Translations under genes and position numbers: made by a program
Shown: positions 13,908 to 27,501 of the stretch, piece after piece
Layout: each line of letters begins with the position of its first letter
How positions within the stretch are numbered: position 1 is the first letter of the stretch
NCBI GenBank assembly: GCA_964304625.1
Contig: OZ199840.1
Coordinates: 6,885,252 to 6,949,251 of the forward strand
DNA from: Kudoa neothunni
Lineage: Eukaryota > Animalia > Cnidaria
Direction of reading: 5' to 3'
DNA: 64,000 nt
The notes under the pieces: model-generated
What the model was told of the DNA's origin: nothing
The model's database searches: none
Seen by the model: only the letters and a program-made list of their open reading frames with translations

Positions 13908-15010
13908 CCCCTTCTTGCCTGAATTTTTATTTATCCTCTAAAAAAATTTTTGTGGGCTAATATTTTTAAGTTGTAAGTTTTGTTCAGTAGACTGAACAAT
14001 GGGATTTTGTGGTAAAGAAAATGCGCAAAAAAGAAATCGAATTATTATAACAGTAACAGATAGAGTTATCAATAAAACAATAATTTTAAGTATTATGGTA
14101 CACATAAAAACAATTTTTACCTTTACAAGGCAACAAGGTGCGCCACATTTTAAGAAAATTATTTAAGTGTTTCTTCCACAACTTCTGCATCTACTGAGCG
14201 TAGATACTACCTCTGGAAAATGGCCGACATTATCATATCTAATGTGATCTGATAAAAGAGTATTTCTCTTGCGTTTCGATATAGTAGATTCCATTATTTT
14301 TTGTGAATTACAATCATTAACCGGACGACCACGTTTTCGAGTTTGTATTAATGTTTGGTTTTTATACAATAATGATTCACAGATTGAATATGTGAACGAA
14401 AGCAAATCAAGAACTTTACTCTTGTTTACATTAGTCATGGAATTTTGCCTCCGATACAATAACCACGAATTAGTGATCGCGGTGTTAATGCCCAAAAAAA
14501 TATTCGCATGTAAAATTTGTTGCATCTATGGTATAACCTATATAGTGACATTAGCACATCGGACAAATCAACACCACCCATGTTTTTGTTATATTCCGAT
14601 ACAACAGCTCGACAATCGAATTCAACGCGTTTTTGTCGCCTATCATATCGATTTACAGTTGTTAGAGGTTTACTACCAGAATGAGTGGATGATAAAGTCA
14701 CAACGGAGCTACCATACCATCGAGTTGATATTAATGCATCATTAGAGCTTTGAGCAACATCAAATGAGCCACGTCCTTTTTTTCATTAAACCTTTTTTAC
14801 CGAGTAAAGGACATCCTTTAATTCTATTATTTCTAATAGTCCCCACAGAATATATTCCCCTTTTTTTCAATATAAGTTGCATCCGGAATGATGTGAACCA
14901 GTTGTCGAAATACAATAGATACATCCTATTCTTTGGAAGTTGTTCACATAATTTTATTACAAAATCCCCGGAAACCAAACCACAGCTTTCTTTTACAACA
15001 GGCAATTTTC
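13908..15010 (-). mobile_element. 5'-truncated piggyBac (PGBD3-like transposase remnant)
   Basis: TTAA-CCC end at 13908. Fragments LYFDNWFTS, GTIRNNRI, YNKNMGGVDLSD and a C-terminal Cys-rich RCRSC. Confidence 0.85.
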
Positions 15011-15329
15011 TTTATAATTTTATCTTTGTGATTAAATAAAAATTTATGCTGTTGTAAATTTTGAGTTAATTGATTTCGAATTAAATTATTGCAGCGACAA
15101 GAAACGATAGTAATGGTTTTTTATCTTGTCTCATCAATTTTTATCAATTTTGATAATCAATAACGAAGAACTGCTATAAAAAATCAAAAAATAACTGAGA
15201 AACGACTTTAAGGATAACTCTTGTGGAAATAACCAGTCATCTTAGTTGGGCTAAACTTTTTTGAATAATACGTTCGACAGCGTATTTTCCAACTTTATAC
15301 ATTTATACACACGTTGTACTCATCAATTG

Positions 15330-16700
15330 CATTACGCTTTACGAAACTTTGAAGTTTTTTAATTGATTCTATAACTTCCTTTGAAGAAATATCATCGATT
15401 GGTAAATCCAAGGATATATCGTCATCATAATGGTTCTTTTACCTTTTCTATGTTATGCTGTAAGTTAATTGAATATTCATGATCCATAGAAAATTATCGT
15501 GCTCCACTAGAATCATCTAGTCAATTTCTGTTAGTTCATGGAGTGTAATTTCATTATTTATATCTTTATCGTTAGCAGAAGAAAACCTAGCTTTAAAACA
15601 ATTTAATGTGATCTTATTGCTAACAGACTCTCACGCTTCTTTAGTTAAAAATATAGATTCCAGATAATCTGGGGAAGTTGAGAGACAGAGAGTCAGCTTC
15701 TGTGAACGCAAAAAACGTTTTAAAATGTCTCTTTTATATGTCGTTTTGAACGAATGTATAATACCCTGATTTATAGACCGCAAAACACTTATCGTATTTT
15801 GAGGAAAAAAACCATTTGTATATGGCTTAAATCGTTGTGAAAATTAGAAATTGCATTGTCGAATATAAAACATTTTTAGTGGAATTGCTTCAAAAAACTT
15901 ATTTAAACCAGTTATATATTTTATAAACATATGATCGGTCATTTATGCATTTCGCGGCATTCATATTTTAGTAGAAAATTTTTTACATTTTTGGAGCACC
16001 TCGATTTAGCATAAGGCCAAATAATCAAAGGACCGAGTTTCTTACCAGATTTGAAAGCACAAAAGAGGATTGTTATCAATTTTTTCTCTTTATTATTCGT
16101 TATAGGCATTCTCCCTAGTTGTGACATAGGTCTTTCCTAAAACTATGCAAACATATGAAAAAAAAATTTTGGTTAGTGTTGCTGATAGTATAGTGCAGTT
16201 TCTTCAATTTTAAAAATACAGTCGGGTGAGCCGTCCTTTATTATATCTAATAACATCGAAATCCACTTTTAATTGTTTCGCTGTCAACGATACAAAAATC
16301 ATCATGATAATATTTCCATTTTTGGGTTGAATATTGATTAAAGCCCTCTAAACCGCCGATTATTAATGAATCCTCACACGAATAATTTGAGCGCAATTCT
16401 CTCATTTTATTAATCATATCCATAGAAGTTAGTTCTATTTTTTGTGCGCATCAAATTAATCCACTCAAACTCCTCAGAATCACGCTCTTTGTTGATACTA
16501 CATTTCAAATTTTTTTCGGTGAAGCTATCCCACCTTCATGGGATCTCAATATTTCTTCTTTCTTATTAAGAATGTCATCCAATGTTGAAATTGTAGTAAG
16601 TTTAAAATGTAGAACGGTAGCATCATCCGCTCCCTTATTAGGCAAGTGTTAAAAAATTCGATTATCTCAAATTTTTCCTTAGTTGTTATACTTTTTTTTG
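15330..16700 (-). pseudogene. Heavily decayed Tigger/pogo (CENP-B-like DDE) transposase remnant
   Basis: ORF 15939-16127 (KEKKLITILFCAFKSGKKLGPLIIW..KSRC) plus neighbouring LxSINQGIIHSFK-like text. Boundaries approximate, no clear TIRs. Confidence 0.55.
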
Positions 16701-17083
16701 TTTTGTTCTGCCCTCTAAAAACTACGAAAAACCCTCAAGTTCCCTCGAAAAATTCCAAAAAAAGTACGTAAAATCCGCGACGATGGATTTTTCGTATTTT
16801 CATCATTTTTTCTTTATTTGCAAACTTTTTTAATTTAATTTTAATATGATATTCTAATATTGAATATTTACTTTTACAGAAATTTTCAGAGTAAACAAGC
16901 AACAAAAAGTTAAAAAGTGCGAAAAATCGATCGCCTGCCTACTGTGCTACCAAGAGCGCTCGTGTCTTACAATAATCTCAGGATAATCTCCAAGTTTGTC
17001 GGATTCTTCCAGTATAAAATAAGATAAAAAATTTAATCGTACTCTTATTCCTTCTATTCATTCCAAAATTAATTTTTATTTAA

Positions 17084-19260
17084 CCCTCCGTGGCACGCAT
17101 GGTGTCCAATAGGCCCCTCGTGAATTTTCGTCTCCCATAATTCTGGTTTTAATAAACTCAATTCTAAACGGGAAATTCTATTCGCATATGTTGGATCCAG
17201 TAAGGTGCGCAAAAGAAAAAGGAGATCCAAGTAAGAACACAAGAGAGAATTGAAAAAAGTGGGACAATTATATGGCTTAAATACAGCGAGGAGCGCCAGT
17301 TCCAGAATTCGATGCGGTGAGGAAAAAAAATGACTAGTGCAGCGAGGGTTCCGTGGGAAAGTAGTATTTCGTCATCGTTCATTGCTGTGGTCCATATTCG
17401 CCGTATTCCCATGTACCAAATTGTGGAGGAACTGTTGTTGGTTATCTTTGGAGGGAAAACGGGTCATAGGACCAACTTGTCAGCCGTAGAAATCGAAATT
17501 ACCGACAACCATATATTTCCCGACTTGTACTCTTATTCTCCCACGGAACATTTGAATGGGAAACTAGTTTAACTTTTCTCACGCAGAAAGTCGAAGTTCC
17601 CATGACTCAACAGCATATTTTTGTTTATTTAACTTTTCTGTTAACTTAGATGGATTTCAGAAAATTTCTTGACAGTGTTAGCAACGATTCTTATGTATCC
17701 GATCTAGAGTCCTATAGCGATGACTCATGTATTGATGATTTGGTATTAGAAACAAATAATAATTCGAGTTCTGGATCATTTGATGATGTAGAAGAAACCG
17801 ATATATCTAAAAATTACTCAACTTTGGAAATTTCTGATGGAAATAAAGATATATTTTATGGAAAGAACTTTGAATAGTCAGCTAATCCTGTAGGATTATT
17901 TTCTAAAAAGAGGAAGCATGATATTTTAAACGAAAAAAATCAAATACACACTCTTGATAATATTAACACAGAATCTCACGTCTGGAGTTTATTTTGTACA
18001 GATGCAATATTAAATAATATACGTTATCACATCAACAACCATCAAAAAACATTAACTCAAATCTCAAACGAGAACGCGATTGCATGGAATTTAATCTATG
18101 TGTTTAAAAGCATTCATTGGTTTGCATTACTTTCTTGCAATAAAAACGGCAAATTTGACCGATATGAATGAACTTTGGGTAGATGATGACTTGGGCATTC
18201 CGTTGTGCGAAAAAGTTTTCAGTTTACATTGATTCAAATTATTGAAAAAATGTCTACACAATGCGGGAAACTTGCCAGGCTCCACTCATCATAAATTTGA
18301 AAAAATTAAAGATGTTTTCAACGACGTCAAATCAAAATGTTTAAAATATTATTCCCCCTCGGAATATTTAGTCATTGATGAAATGCTAAAGTCATTTAGA
18401 GGGCGGTGTATTTTTAAACAATACCTGCCAAAAAAGCCTGAAAAAATGGGCTTAAAATATTCAATATGGCGGATTCAAAGACATTTTATACTTTAAACCT
18501 AGATGTTTATTTGGGTGCTCAGAAAAACGTGGATAATACTGCTCAAAGTGTAGTTATGCGTCTAGCGCAGCCAGTTTTAGGTTCTGGCAGAAATATAACT
18601 TTAGATAATTGGTTTTCTTCTGTTCCCTCTTTTTCAGGAATTGTCAAAAAAATGTAATAACGGCTTTCGGGGTTTTAAAAAAATTAAAAAAGAAATTCCA
18701 GAAATCATTTCATTTTATAACTCTACCAAGGGTGGTGTTGATACAACTGATCAAATGTGTGCCAATTATTCCACCTATTGAACAATTAGAAGATGGCCGG
18801 CAGTAATATTCCACACTTTGTTAGACGTAGTATCAATCAACACTTTTATTATTTACAATATCAAATTGAATAAAACAATAAGAAGGAAAGATTTTTTGAA
18901 ATCGTTGTCCATGCAGCATGCAGCTCATAGAATAACAAATTTGTAGAAAATGTTTTAAACACAACTTATTTAAAAAAACTTTATAGAACCACCAAAATCA
19001 ATTTCTCACAATAATCGAACAATCTAGTCGCCAAAAAACGTTGCCACTTGTGTCCTCGCGCAAAACGATAAAAACCCTGAACAACATGCCACAATTGGAA
19101 AAATCAAGTTTGCACGGAACGCTCTAACGTTATATGCGACAGCTGTTTAAAAAATTTCAATTAAAATAATATGTGAGAATTTAATCGAGTTTTTTTCCGT
19201 GGGTTCCAACGGAACCCATGCGTTCGTTCGTGTTAAGTTTTTTGCGCGTGCCACGGAAGG
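17084..19260 (+). mobile_element. Full-length piggyBac with pseudogenised transposase
   Basis: TTAA on both sides. 15-bp TIRs CC(C/T)TCCGTGGCACGC plus subterminal IRs. Fragments LVIDEMLKSFRGRC, YLPKKPEKMG, SGRNITLDNWFSS and YNSTKGGVD. Confidence 0.92.
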
Positions 19261-20159
19261 TTAAAATTAAATAAATAACACATATAGGAGATTCAAAGGC
19301 CTATAAACACTAAATACTATTGTTCGGTTTTGAAAAGAGATCTACTATGTTCTATCCATAGGGAAAAAATTTTTTGTTAGTTTAGTTTAAAGTTTATTTG
19401 ATATTACTCCAAACAGCATACATAACATTTTTAACACATTCTATATAATAATTAAAAGATTCTCTTTGTATATAATGGGTGAAAATTCATTCTAATTGAC
19501 ACTCACTCCGAAGTGAACCAATGTCAATATTATACAGGTACTTTTAATCTGCTTATTGATACAGGCAACTAGAAAATTTCTTATTTCTGATACCGATATA
19601 TATTACGTAAGCAATTATAAGTGAATTAGTGATTTTTTGTAATAGTACCATCCTTCTAAATGTATACTAAAAGATGTATTTAAAAAAAGTTTCTCCATGG
19701 CACATGCGTACTGCTGCAGACATACACACAGTCACTACTACTTTATATATACAGATGATCGATTAAAAAATTACATGGAAATTATAGAGAAAATGAAAAG
19801 ATAAAAATAAAAATTTCGGAAAAAAATAATTGGAGTTCCTAAAATATCCCGTCCGTCCCGCAAGGGTTAATCATGTACTTTGGAACATTCTACAATGTTC
19901 TAATGATTTCGATAAGTCGATGTAATTGGCACCATTAAGGATAATGTGCATCCAGATGTGACGGTATTTGTTCAATCGGTAAAAATATGGTGGTCGTCGA
20001 TCAAAACTTTCCTATGTGGAAAAATCGTTAATTCGAAATTTAGTAGATGATGACTGCATTACAAGTTTTGCGAAATTGTCTAAAAATTTATTTTCCTACC
20101 ACGTTTGACCCTTTTTTAAATAAAAATGAGATAAATTCCATTATTTGATATCAGTTGTA

Positions 20160-22853
20160 TTTTTTTTTCGTTTACAAGGTAAAACCCCTGGCGCAACTTA
20201 TTAGGTTGTGGAATTCTGGTTGGTCAGACCTCTTCCACTCACGCTTTGGGCACCGCAGGACGTAACATGAAATCCCGTCGCTTATCTTTATGCGGTAGCG
20301 TGGAACTTTAAGCCACTAAACATCCTCGCCTCAGGGCGACCACCACCCCAAACCCTGTCCCTTTAACCCTTTCGTTCCCAAATTTTTTTATGTAAAATTC
20401 ATAATAAAATTATATATAATTTAAAATTCATACTTTAAACAAAAATTATTTAACGACAATTTAAAGCCTTTTTTAATCTGTCCACTAAGGTGGACAATTG
20501 GTATTTATTTACCTCGGCATATTCGCGCATTGGTTCCGCGCAAAAAAAGAAAATATAAGAAAACTAAAATTTTTAAATATTTTTACGGCATATTATGGAG
20601 GTTTAGAAACAATTCCTTTCTTTCTTAAGACAACATAATGAATGGCATTTCATACATTTAAATTTGATCTTTTTTTATCGACGTTGGCGTAATTTTTTCC
20701 GCTATTAGTTTGATTAAGTGAGGGTCTATCACGTTTCGTTTGAGTAGTCATTTCTTGATGGTAGAAAGACTTTTACTAACTAAAGAAAAAGCCAACGAAT
20801 CCATTACTTCATTCCTATCGGTACGTCTCACGGAACAATTTCGTTTGTAAAGTAGCCAAGCGTTAACCATGCATGTGTTTAGAGCCCAAAAAAGATTCTA
20901 AAATAATACTTTCTGCACTTATGTTTCATAACGTAATGTGACATGAGCATATCGCATAGGTCAACCTCGCCCATATTTTAGTTATATTCCTTAACCACAG
21001 CTGGACAAAGAATTTCCACCCTTTTTTTCTTAGACCTATCGAATCTTTTTGACATTGAGACTGGCTCAATCGAGGAATGAGTAGATGAAAGGGTGAAAAC
21101 TGACCCACCAAACCATCTTGTTATCGATATTCCATTGGCAGAGTCATGAGCAGAACCATACGAACCATGTCCTTCTTTTTTTAAATCTTTGTCACTACTC
21201 AATAGACAACCCTTAACTCTGTTAATACATATCATACCAACAACAGATATTTCTTCGTTTTAAGAAGATTTGGAGCGGGATAGATGTAAACCAGTTGTCG
21301 AAATAAGTGAAATATGATTCGCTCAACGGTAGACTTTCGCACAGCTTTATGACAAAATCGCCAGATACAAGACCACAGCTTTTGGTGACGGCAGATTTTC
21401 GTCCATCGTAAAGATGAAAATCGTAAACTAAACCACTAACGCCACATCTCGCAAACATTTTAAACTCCCATTTCGTTGGTTTATTGGGGACGTATTGCTT
21501 GGCCTTACATTTGCCTTTAAACGGGATAATCTGTTCGTCGATTGAGTGGTTTCTTTCGGGCTCAATCTTTAGAAACGATGCTCTAATAGAATCTAACAAA
21601 GGTCTAATCTTAGCGAATTTGTCGTATTTGGGCGAATTAGAATCCGTGATAATTTTAGAATTATCCGCAAAGTGCAAGTATTTATATATTTTCTCAAAAC
21701 GGTTCCTTGAGAAAGCCTCGGAAACGAGGGGATAGTTCACAAGTTTCGACCAATAACATGGATACCTCGGCATTCTTACTATCCCCATAATAATCAAAAC
21801 CCCCAGATATTTTTTTATTTCTTTAATATCAGTTTTGAAATTGGAATTTTGTTGAGTAGCGTAGTGTACAGATTTGATTCATATGCAATATTCGATATCA
21901 ACTCATCCGTGAAGAAAAATTTGAAATACTCAATGGGCAATACGAGGTCTTGCAAGTCGCTAAAAATTGTTTCATTGATTTCTAAATTTTCAGCTGGATT
22001 TGGAACGTTCTGTTTCTTTTCCCGCTTAAAATTTAAAATTTGATCGTCATCAGAATTACTGGAATCTTTATATGTTTCCTCTCCCAATTCTGTCACGTAA
22101 TTTTGAATGATAGGACAGTCTAACTCATCTACCATCACATCTGGTTCTGAATTATCCGCATCTGGAAATACAATGACTTCTGTGATGGTTTTTCCATTTT
22201 CTTTCTGATTAAAAACAATATCGTGATCCATTGGAATATACTATCGGAAGTCCTCGAAGCCCCAATGTCCACTATAATATCCACGCGGAGATTTGTGTGT
22301 TTTTTGGTATATTTAAATCACAAATTAATTGAATTTCATTTTTTACAATATTAAATTTTTTTCAGTAACATTTTATGATTTATTGATACTTATTTTTCCA
22401 AATGTTTTAGATTATTTAAGCGTTATAAAAAGGGAGGGCTGTATCACAAATAAAAATGACCATAAAGCATTTATTAATATGTTATCTTATTTAATATATA
22501 GAATAACAACTTATGTTTAATATATTCATAAATTACCTTTTAATAATTAATGTGCATAAATATATAAGCGAATTAATTTTTGTCCACTAAAATGAACAAT
22601 GGGAACTGCAAATTACTTTGCCTTTCGATGGGTTCCGGAGATTAAAACTCCTATTCACGCTCACCCCACTTCACGAAAATCTGGCTGCCAGTGCATCCCA
22701 CTCCACAGCGAGCGTACACTTTACTTTAATCACAGCTCCCAAATATAGGATAGACACCCACCGACACGGAAGCCGTAGTCTGACAACTGGCGGATTCGAA
22801 CCCATTACCTCAAGGTTTGGAGCCCGAGTGTCTCACCGATGTGCTATCTGTCC
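20160..22853 (-). mobile_element. tRNA-derived SINE (~475 bp reconstructed), split by a piggyBac
   Basis: The minus-strand head GGACAGATAGCACATCGGT...GGTTCGAATCC has Pol III A- and B-box-like motifs. The body matches 7656-8027 and the A-tail is at ~20160-20168. Interrupted at TTAA 20363-20366. Confidence 0.8.
20367..22606 (-). mobile_element. piggyBac (PGBD3-like) inserted in the SINE; one terminus deleted
   Basis: TTAA-CCCTTTCGTTCCCA left end. ORFs 20926-22231 contain HSIDEQIIPFKGK, YVPNKPTKW and YFDNWFTS. The other TIR stops at TGGGAAC. Confidence 0.9.
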
Positions 22854-22904
22854 TCGGCTGATATAGGTTGTAAGAAATAAAAATCCTTCCGGTAATAAGA
22901 ATTA

Positions 22905-24414
22905 TCGTATATACTCGTGTATAAGTCGCACACGAGATATCGACATAAAAATTAGGCTGGTAGTTAGTAAAATATATAAATCATCCATAATAAGTTTATG
23001 TTCTACTTTTTATTATTATATATAAAAAAAATATTGTTTTAATTAAAATGACGGAATTATTTTGTTGATATTTAACATGTATCTCACTTATGTTGGGATA
23101 ATGAGTTCCATTAAAAAAAGACATCGCAATGACGCCAAATTCAAATAAAAGTTGCAAAATATGCTATCGAATGTGACTACAATCGACGTTCGACTAATAA
23201 AAATGGAATTAACAAAATGCATATACGCGATTGGGGAAAATCTTTTCTGCAGTTGGAAGAAATGGCAGTTTCAAAAAAAGCCAATAGGAGAAAGAAGTCA
23301 AAATTTAAAGCATCGACTGGATAGTATACGCGTTTTATGAATAGGCATGGTTTATCTCTTAGACAAAGGACCAAAATTTTCCAAAAACTTCCGTCCGATT
23401 TGGATGACAAGATTATCAACTTTCATAAATATGTTATAGATACAAGGAAAAAGATAAATTATGATCTTAGTCGAATTGGAAACATGGACGAAACACCTAT
23501 GTATTTTGATGCTCCTGGTAACCGGGAAGTTGATAATAATGGAACCAAAACCGTGACGATTAGAACAACTGGTCACGAAAAAACACACTTTACTTTCGTT
23601 TTAACCTGTATGGCAGATGGAACTAAATTGCCTCCAATGATAATTTTTAAACGGAAAACGTTTCCAAAAGAAAAGTTCCCTCTTGGAGTCGTTATTCATG
23701 TTCACGAGAAAGTATGGTCTCGTCGCCTAGGTGGTAATTTGGATAAAAACCATGTCTGTTAGTTTAGGATAAGTTCCGAGTTCATCTCGTTTATGATGTC
23801 AAACAATGTGTAAAAAGCTACTATAAAATAGATACTGCTGTTATTCCTTCGGGCTTAACCTCAATATTACAATCTTTAGATGTTTCTTTAAAGTTTCCAT
23901 TCAAATGTAAAGTACGCGATCAATGGATCAAATGGATATCAGACGGATTGGCGGAAAAGACAGCATCCGGAAATTTTAAGAGACCTGCATTAGTATTGGT
24001 AGCTGAATGGGTAAAAGATTCTTGACTCTCCATAGACCCGAGTATAATTAAGGAATCGTTCAAAAATATGGCATTTCTAATGCGATGGATGGAACTGAAG
24101 ACGATGAAATACACAGTAATACGGATGTAGAGATGGACGAGATTTACGACGATACTTTGACATCAGAACAAAGTGCACGCATTTGTGATGAGGATGAGTT
24201 TTCGTCAGCTAAGGATGATGATGATGATGACGACAATGAATATCAATAATTTGTTATTTTTTTAAATAATCATTAATTTTTTATATATTGAATATTTTCT
24301 TTTTTGTCTTAAAATAATCAGATTTTATTTAAAATATACTTTGTAAATCGCTAAATGTTTAAGCATTAATAAATTTTTGGTTTATGACTGCGACTTATAC
24401 TCGAGTGTATACGG
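22905..24414 (+). mobile_element. pogo-family (POGK-like) transposon, decayed
   Basis: TA TSD. TIRs (T/C)CGTATAYACTCGxGTATAAGTCGCA. ORF 23337-23762 contains RHGLSLRQRT, IGNMDETPMYFD, TGHEK and ADGTKLPPMIIFK. Confidence 0.9.
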
Positions 24415-24426
24415 TATTTAATGCTA

Positions 24427-26310
24427 CAGTCGAGATTCGATATTGCGTAATTTTTGGGACAAAGGAAAAACTACGCAATAAAAAGGTTTTACGCAATATC
24501 GAGGCATGCGCCTGCGCACTTGCAAAAATATTCGATTTAAACTTGTTTTGTGCGTTTATCCTACTTTAAATCATTGCTAGTGGAATAAAATAAATATAAG
24601 GAATTTTATTTAACTCAACCAGACAAAATTATTAATTTTTATGAAAAAATGAAGTAATTTTAGTTTGGTGCCATCTTTGAGATGATATTTTTAAAATTCG
24701 ATCCATTATCGGATGAAGATCGATGAGTCCAGATGGATCTTCCCGAATAAACACCTTCCTTAATGTACTTACGGCATGCTTTATATCTTTTATTGGAACT
24801 TTTGGTTCTTCCTCATCAGATTCGATTTCATTCTGAATTGGATTCGCTGTTGATATTAAGACATCGCCGTTATCATCATCAAAGTTGGTCTCCCATGTTT
24901 CCTCCTCGACTATAAAAATGTTAAAATTTTATTTTATATTTATACTCTGTTCATCTTCGAAAATTTTATCATTTGTTTCCGTCTCTGTATCTCCTATGAT
25001 AATGGATTAATTTTTGAAGTTCGCATTAGCTTTTACTTTCGCTAAATGTGCCCGACTTTTTAAAATAGTTGACAATAATTTCAGGTGGAATACTGTTCCA
25101 TGCTTCTTGGAGTGTCAAAATTGCATTAAGTAATGTAAATTTGTTATTTAACGAATCATCACATAATGCCATATGGCTACACAATATTTGTTTATATCTA
25201 CTTTTAAGACAATTAATCACTCCGAGATCGAGTGGCTGTAAAACACTTGTAGTATTTTTCGTTGTTCTGACTCCATTTTAAAATTTAATTTTTTTCAGTA
25301 TCTGGGAAAAAATAGCAGATGTCATCCAAGAATTTTGTTGGGCATAATACTCATAAGGTAAATTTTTTACCCCCTTGAAGCACCTGGGGTTTTGGTATTT
25401 CCCAATTACGACTAAGGGCAACTTTTCTCCGCTTAAAGAGCACGATACCAGGATCGTTATTCTTTTTTTCGATAGCTTTTTACCTTTAATGTCATTTTCT
25501 TCTTTTAATAAATAACTACTGTTCTGTAATTTCTCATCAAACAAACCAGTTTCGTCAATATTGATTATATTTTTTGGGCTGTATATGCTTATCAAATTTT
25601 TATTTGCATAGATCCACGAATCAATAGACGCGACGTTAGCGCTTGCAGCTTCGCCATGAAAATGCTTGAAAATGATTCCAAACCTTCTTTTAAACCCCGC
25701 TAGCCAACCCCTGCTTGCTTTAAAATGTTGAACTTCATTCTTTCTGGCAATTATGGTGGCTATTTCAAGTATTACGTCACCAGAAATAATGTGACCATTG
25801 GTGCGTTTTTTGATAAACCATTGATAAACTTCTTCGTCTATGTTGATAAATCTTCCATTTGAATGCCTCTTCCTATTTCCTGCAACATCTGAATTTTTCA
25901 GCTTGGTTTCATGAGAAAGAATTCTGTCAAGCGTTGAATGTTCTTTAAAAAATAAATTGTTATCGATTAAAAATAATCATACCATTAAGTTTAAACTTTT
26001 CAACCGTCATTTTCTTTGCGCCCTTTATTGATTTTATTGAATTGTAATATTGTATCATTCTAATTGTCTCAGAAATTTCACGCTGCTCCCTGGATATATT
26101 GAAGCTGAAATCACGCAATATCAAGTCACGTTGGTAATTTACGTTACGCAATACTAAATCAGAGGCACGTAGAAAAAATATTTTTTTATTTTTATTCTAT
26201 ATAATTAATTCAATAAATAAAATAATGATATAGCTCTAAAATTAAGTCCCAATGTAAATATCTTCATATCGAAAATCTTGAATTACGCCAAATCAATATT
26301 TTAACTACTA
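24427..26310 (-). mobile_element. Tigger (TIGD4/6-like) transposon, decayed
   Basis: TA-CAGTCGAGATTCGATATTGCGTAA terminus. Fragments ASRGWLAGFKRRF, HGEAASA, NIDETGLF, SGEKLPLVVIGKYQNPRCFK and LQPLDLGVI. The far end is approximate. Confidence 0.85.
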
Positions 26311-26998
26311 CAACTGTTCAGACTCATAGTTTAATCATTGTTTAAACTCATAAAAGATTGATAATTGGAAATATGTTGCATTTTAAGAATGTTGCATTTT
26401 GATCTTGAAATACTGTGAATATTAATGTCGCATATAACAAAGTTTGTGTTATTATTTAATGTTTACACGTTTCCAATAAAAACCCAATATTACGTAAAAA
26501 ATGAAAAAGTCCCCAAAAGAGTCCAAGATGACCATAAAACCCTTATGACCTTGGGGGAAACCCCAAGCAATGGTAGCAGTATTCGTAATCTTCTCAAAAA
26601 TTAGTATTGTGGAAAACTTGTTAAGATATATTTACGGCTAATATTATCGATAAGTTATACATAATTTTGACATAAATTTTATTTTTAACTTTTTTATTGC
26701 GCACTGGCTATAGACATAGACACGAGTATTTTTAATCGATTTTGCAACGCACTTAATACACGTGATCTGTTACATCAATTACAAAATTATTCAAAAAAAT
26801 TCGGTTTTGTGTTGCATGTAATACCATATGTTATGTTTGAAATGTATAATAATTATTTAAAACGAATTTAATATGGATCTTTCGATATTATACTTAAAAG
26901 CCCCACATTGAAGTGACCTTTTTTTGTGTGTCGCGCGCACAATTTGAAACAATTTCGTACGGGCTGTGAAACATATAGATCTATCCACTTTGAGTAAC

Positions 26999-27343
26999 AT
27001 GAAGAGGTAATATAAATACATAAAGTATATTTAACAAATTTATAGAAGTGTGTTCATGAGTATTATGACACCTATTACAAAAATCTCTAGGAAGAGATTC
27101 AACCAGATTGTTTTGAATCATGATGGCTCTTCATACACAACCCAATCTGATGAACCTAACCTTTTATTAGTTTACCCGAAATTTCATTCCACACTTGATA
27201 ACATGGCTAAAAAAGATCGATTTTATCGGCTAAAAAAGAAATGTTATGAGCTTGAGACCCTTGAGGCTAAAGGATATGTACCCCAAGACATCGTACTTCA
27301 GGATAAAAATGTGGATATTCTTGAAAAAATTATAAAGAAATGA
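26999..27343 (+). CDS. Probable mitochondrial ribosomal protein mL55 (bL31m-like), 2 exons
   Basis: ATG 26999 and a 39-nt intron (27007-27045) splice in frame to ORF 27050-27343. The pattern ITKISRK..IVLNHDGSS..SDEP.LL..P...TL....K.R..RLKKK recalls MRPL55 (VLLV..DGST....EP....P..L.TL). Recognition is from memory only. Confidence 0.5.
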
Positions 27344-27501
27344 TTTTTTAAACCTATATTTTTATCATTACTATTTGTTTTATGTTTATTAATTATGAAG
27401 TTAACGACTTGATTTTTTACTCATCCTTGTCCTCTTATCAGACACAATGAGCCAACCAGTAAATATTGAATTTTGTTAATTTTTTCTCTAGAAAAAATTA
27501 A

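Noticed and set aside
19700-19758. Helitron-like 5' end (TCTGTATATATAAAG.. on the minus strand)
   Set aside because: No matching 3' hairpin-CTAG end or Rep/helicase sequence was found.
13629-19866. Orphan piggyBac-like ends (13656, 19866) as one composite element
   Set aside because: The match between the ends is too short and imperfect to pair them.
22780-22853. Functional tRNA-Trp gene
   Set aside because: Acceptor and anticodon stems pair poorly, and the sequence runs straight into a repeated SINE body.
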